24,801 bases of DNA from Octopus sinensis (Eukaryota): the NCBI RefSeq assembly GCF_006345805.1, contig NW_021836222.1, positions 1 through 24,801 on the forward strand, written 5' to 3'. A model generated the notes under the pieces. The model saw nothing but the letters and a program-made list of their open reading frames with translations. It searched no databases and was not told the origin of the DNA. Positions 21,182 to 24,801 of the stretch are shown here, piece by piece; within the stretch, counting starts at the first letter, position 1; each line of letters opens with the position of its first letter. Position numbers and translations under genes: made by a program.

Positions 21182-21230
<49 letters not shown>

Positions 21231-21238
21231 TATGTATA

Positions 21239-21304
<66 letters not shown>

Positions 21305-21650
21305 ATATATATAATATGTATCTATATATTATATTTAATCAGCCGAATTACTACGATGATCCGTTCTTGACTGAAGACTGAGGGTTCGAATGTCCTGTCC
21401 GTGTTTATTGTATCGTCTTCTAAGAGTTATACGTTCTTGTCCATGTTGTATTTTTCTACATACCTTAATATATATATATATACTGTTGTGTCTGGGGAGA
21501 GTCATTCTCTTTTAGTACCTTATTATTTAACACACTCACCGTAAAATTTCCACTTATTTCGTTATTTCGTCTTTTTATTTTCCTAAAATTTTCGTTGCGT
21601 CTTGCCACTTTTTCAAAAACCTTTTCAATAGTCTTGACTCCAAAAACGAA

Positions 21651-21687
<37 letters not shown>

Positions 21688-21792
21688 TATATATATACAT
21701 ATATATATATACCCTATATAAATAATATATATACCCATATATAATATACACACATACGTATACATATAGTTAGTAAAATATATATTATATAT

Positions 21793-21885
21793 TAAGCATG
21801 ACTGTGTGGTAAGAAGATTGCTTCGCAACCACATGGTTCTGTGTTCAGTCCCACTGCGTCGCAACTTGGTCAAGTGCCTTCTACT
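21793..21885 (+). mobile_element. 5' fragment (tRNA head and core start) of the CORE-like SINE
   Basis: CTGTGTGGTAAGAAG.TTGCTT..CAACCACATGGTTC..GTTCAGTCCCACTGCGT..CTTGG.CAAGTG.CTTCTACT. Confidence 0.85.
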
Positions 21886-21990
21886 TGGTGGTGGTGGTGG
21901 TGATGGTGGTTATCTTGGTGGCAGCGGCGGCAGCTGTGGCAACCGTGACGATGATAAATTTGATGATATCCGTTGACGAAGAAAGTGAAT

Positions 21991-22063
21991 GCTGGCTGGC
22001 TGGCTGGCTGGCTGGTTGGCTGGTTGATTGGTTGGCTGGCTAGTTGGTTGGCTGGCTGGTTGG
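21991..22063. repeat. (GGCT)n/(GGTT)n microsatellite
   Basis: Directly visible. Confidence 0.9.
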
Positions 22064-22386
22064 TGTAAAACATGGGGTGGATATGAGGTTGGGGTGAGGT
22101 TGAGGGAGAAGGAGGGGAGGTGTGCGCTGTTCTGCATGCAGATTAGTTTGGTGGTTCCAATGTTGCGAAGAAGTTTCAGTGACGAAATGAAGATCAGAGA
22201 GGGGTTGAGGGGTGGAGAGAGTAGGGCGAGAGAGAGAGAAAGAGAGAATGTGTACGCGCCTGAGCGTGAGAAAATATTATGTGTGTGTGTATGTGTGTAA
22301 ATGTGTGTGTGTGTGTGTGTGTCTATCTATCTATCTATCTATTATATATATATATATATATACAATATACATGAGAGAGTGAGCGC

Positions 22387-22430
<44 letters not shown>

Positions 22431-22521
22431 AAACAGCAGACAGACAGACGGACAGAATGTGATGTAAAGTTCGATACAAATATATGTTTATTTATCAGCA
22501 GCTGAAACTGTCTTTTGTCAG

Positions 22522-23377
22522 AGATTTAAGTGTGGTGGTGGTGGCGGCAATGGTGGTGGTGGTAATGGTGGTGGTGGTGGTTTTGGCGGCGGCGGCGGCA
22601 ATGGTGGTTGTGGTGGTAGTGATTTTGGTGGTGGTTGTGGTGGTGGTTTTGGTGTTGTGGGGTTTGCGCGGTGGCGGTGGCGGCGGCAATGGTGGTTGTG
22701 GTGGTAGTGATTTTGGTGGTGGTTGTGGTGGTGGTTTTGGTGGTGGTGGTGGTTTTGGCGGTGGCGGTGGCGGCGGCAATGGTGGTTGTGGTGGTAGTGG
22801 TTTTGGTGGTGGTTGTGGTGGTGGTTTTGGTGGTGGTTTTGGTGGTGTGGTGTGTTGGGGGTGGGGTGGCGGCGGCAATGGTGGTTGTGGTGGTAGTGAT
22901 TTTGGTGGTGGTTGTGGTGGTGGTTTTGGTGGTGGTGGTGGTTTTGGCGGTGGCGGTGGCGGCGGCAATGGTGGTTGTAGTGGTAGTGGTTTTGGTGGTG
23001 GTTGTGGTGGTGGTTTTGGTGGTGGTGGTGGTTTTAACGGTGGCGGTGGCGGTGGCAGCGGCAATGGTGGTTGTGGTGGTAGTGGTTTTGGTGGTGGTTG
23101 TGGTGGTGGTTTTGGTGGTGGTGGTGGCGGTGGCAATGGTGGTTGTGGTGGTAGTGGTTTTGATGGTGGTTGTGGTGGTGGTTTTGGTGGTGGTGGTGGT
23201 TTTGGCGGTGGCGGCGGCGGCGGCAATGGTGGTTGTGGTGGTAGTGGTTTTGGTGGTGGTTGTGGTGGTGGTTTTGGTGGTGGTGGTGGTGGTTTTAACG
23301 GTGGCGGTGGCGGTGGCGGTGGCAGCAGCAATGGTGGTGGTGGTGGTGGTGGTGTGTCGCGAAATATTGCGAAATAA
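22522..23377 (+). CDS. Possible terminal exon of a Gly/Cys/Phe-rich structural protein (unproven)
   Basis: The Gly frame gives (GNGGCGGS[DG]FGGGCGGGFGGGGGF)n. An acceptor-like TCTTTTGTCAG ends at 22521, in phase with the Gly frame. The call needs one frameshift near 22650-22670 and could be a pure repeat artefact. Confidence 0.25.
22531..23354. repeat. (GGT)n-derived minisatellite, ~90-bp unit, about 8 full copies
   Basis: GGCAATGGTGGTTGTGGTGGTAGTG(A/G)TTTTGG recurs at about 22597, 22685, 22775, 22874, 22964, 23060, 23132 and 23222. Confidence 0.92.
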
Positions 23378-23709
23378 TGCATGGTTTTGATGTTTGTGTT
23401 GCCGGTGATGATGGCGGTGGAATTGGTGACAATGATGACGATGTTGCACGAAAAGGAGGCGAAGGAGGAGGAGGAGGAGGAGAGGGGAGTGAGGGGTGAG
23501 GGGGTGGAGGTCGTCGTCGTCGTCGACGTAGAAAGATAGTGACGAACATAAAACTAAATTTGTCTTAAAAGTTGGAAATGTGATATATACACGAATATGT
23601 TTACGCGCGCGTGCACATGCATATGTATATATATATAATCGCGTGTGTGTGTGTGTCTGTGTATGAGCGTGTGCGTACATATATATGTGTATGTAAGTAT
23701 GTATGCGCC

Positions 23710-24340
23710 CAAACTGACGACCCAGCTAGGCCAGTGAAGAGGGTGATTGGACACTGCAGGACGAAAAACAAAACCTGTCGAAGGACGGGTGAAATCATTA
23801 AAGTCGACGGTCATCCAGTATTGTGTCCACAAGTTTTGGGTCTTACTATTTCTGATGGGCAGCGATAGTCCTTGCAGTGGTCATCGGCAAACCGGTGACC
23901 TCGGTGCAGGAAACACAGTGGCTGTGCAGAGGATTGACGCATTTCCAACAACGGACAGGCACAACGGGTTCAGTGTGCGGAGATGCATGAGAATGAGGAT
24001 GTTGGCATGGTGTACTGCCATTACTGGGTGCGAGAGACCCCTAAGTCTCCTTGTAAGACATCGCTGCTCTAGGAGAGGAAAACTCTGATATGACCTGCGC
24101 CTCGGTGCGCAGCAAAATGATGATGAGCGCTGTTGCTCGAAGTATCTGCCATCATTGTCCAGAGAGTGGCGTTGGTTGTTTGCAAGGCCTCTCCTCATTC
24201 GAAAAGCATCATTCACAGGAATCGCTCGACGTACCGCATCTTCATTTTATACTCGCGAACGAGGAAATGGTTATTCATGGATGTATCTATATTGAAACTA
24301 AGTCTGCATGAGCTGCTACTCGGAGTTCCGCGCTCTCTGT
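23710..24340 (+). other. GC-balanced non-simple sequence, possibly a very decayed CR1/L2-type RT fragment
   Basis: Scattered peptide resemblance (IKVDGH..VLGLTISD, AVQRI, MVYCHYW) to the C-terminal half of LINE RTs; no continuous frame. Confidence 0.25.
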
Positions 24341-24343
24341 ATA

Positions 24344-24486
24344 CGAGGGGGTAACCAAAGCTACCGTAATTTTGCAATGTCGTGTATTCACTTAGCTTTA
24401 CATGTTTATACTTTTATCGCCTTCAAAGTATTCCCAAATTGAAGCAACGCATCGGTCCAGCGCGTTTTCCACTGTTCGAAGCAGCC
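24344..24486 (-). mobile_element. Mariner 3' end with TIR
   Basis: TA|CGAGGGGG terminus. The minus-strand translation CFEQWKTRW-RCVASIWEYFEGDK matches the mariner transposase C-terminus (W..C....G.YFE). Confidence 0.8.
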
Positions 24487-24610
24487 ATAGAACTATTCCT
24501 TTCTCTCTTTAATATTATACATAAAAGAACTTTCACAGAGATTCTATTTAATTTCTTATTCTTAGTGTAAACAGCCTGTACCGTCATTGCTTTAATACAA
24601 ATATTTGTCA

Positions 24611-24620
24611 AATAATAATA

Positions 24621-24670
<50 letters not shown>
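24611..24670. repeat. (AAT)n microsatellite
   Basis: Directly visible. Confidence 0.95.
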
Positions 24671-24671
<1 letters not shown>

Positions 24672-24801
24672 CATCACCGAGCGTACGTGTAATTGTTTGA
24701 AGTCTCTTACATGTCCACTTATGGAACTTACTTACCAGTTTTATAGTCTTCTGTGCCAAGGGAAAAACTAGATAATGACTTCTAACCAAAATTTTACATC
24801 G

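Larger units (their letters stand above)
20369..21185 (+). mobile_element. Head-to-tail ~390-bp tandem repeat (2 units plus the start of a third), one hammerhead per unit; non-LTR retrozyme or Penelope pLTR-like
   Basis: The anchor TCGCA (of TTTTATCGCA) recurs at 20390, 20778 and 21170 (periods 388 and 392). The units are near-identical apart from small indels, carry no convincing ORF and are flanked by (TA)n. Confidence 0.8.

Noticed and set aside
21335-21655. CTGAAGA..CGAAT (+) and TTGAAAA..GCAACGAAAATTTT (-) hammerhead-like strings in two short inter-(TA)n segments
   Set aside because: The cores deviate at conserved positions and the helices are incomplete; a family consensus would be needed.
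22526-23680. 384-aa Thr-rich mucin-like and 251-aa Val-rich ORFs
   Set aside because: Alternative frames of the (GGT)n minisatellite, with starts in simple repeats and no signal peptide or domain.

Overview
AT-rich, repeat-saturated eukaryotic DNA, either intergenic or intronic. The landscape of long (TA)n/(CA)n/(AAT)n microsatellites, two tRNA-derived SINE families, RTE and CR1/L2 LINE relics and Tc1/mariner fossils resembles an octopus/cephalopod genome; this is inferred from recognition, not from a search. No intact protein-coding gene is visible, and nearly all listed ORFs are microsatellite read-throughs or transposon fragments. The main hidden signal is RNA structure. Six type I hammerhead ribozyme motifs with complete catalytic cores occur in three unrelated sequence families, plus two decayed ones, all in short elements within or beside (TA)n tracts. 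Two sit in a ~390-bp head-to-tail tandem repeat (20369-21185) with the architecture of a non-LTR retrozyme or Penelope-type circular-RNA generator. Four sit as back-to-back pairs in inverted repeats (14235-14367, 14811-15019). Other candidates are a covarying double-hairpin minisatellite in an RTE 3' UTR, an ETS/CRE/E-box motif cluster, a Gly/Cys-rich repeat that may be an exon, and a possible 15-nt microexon.
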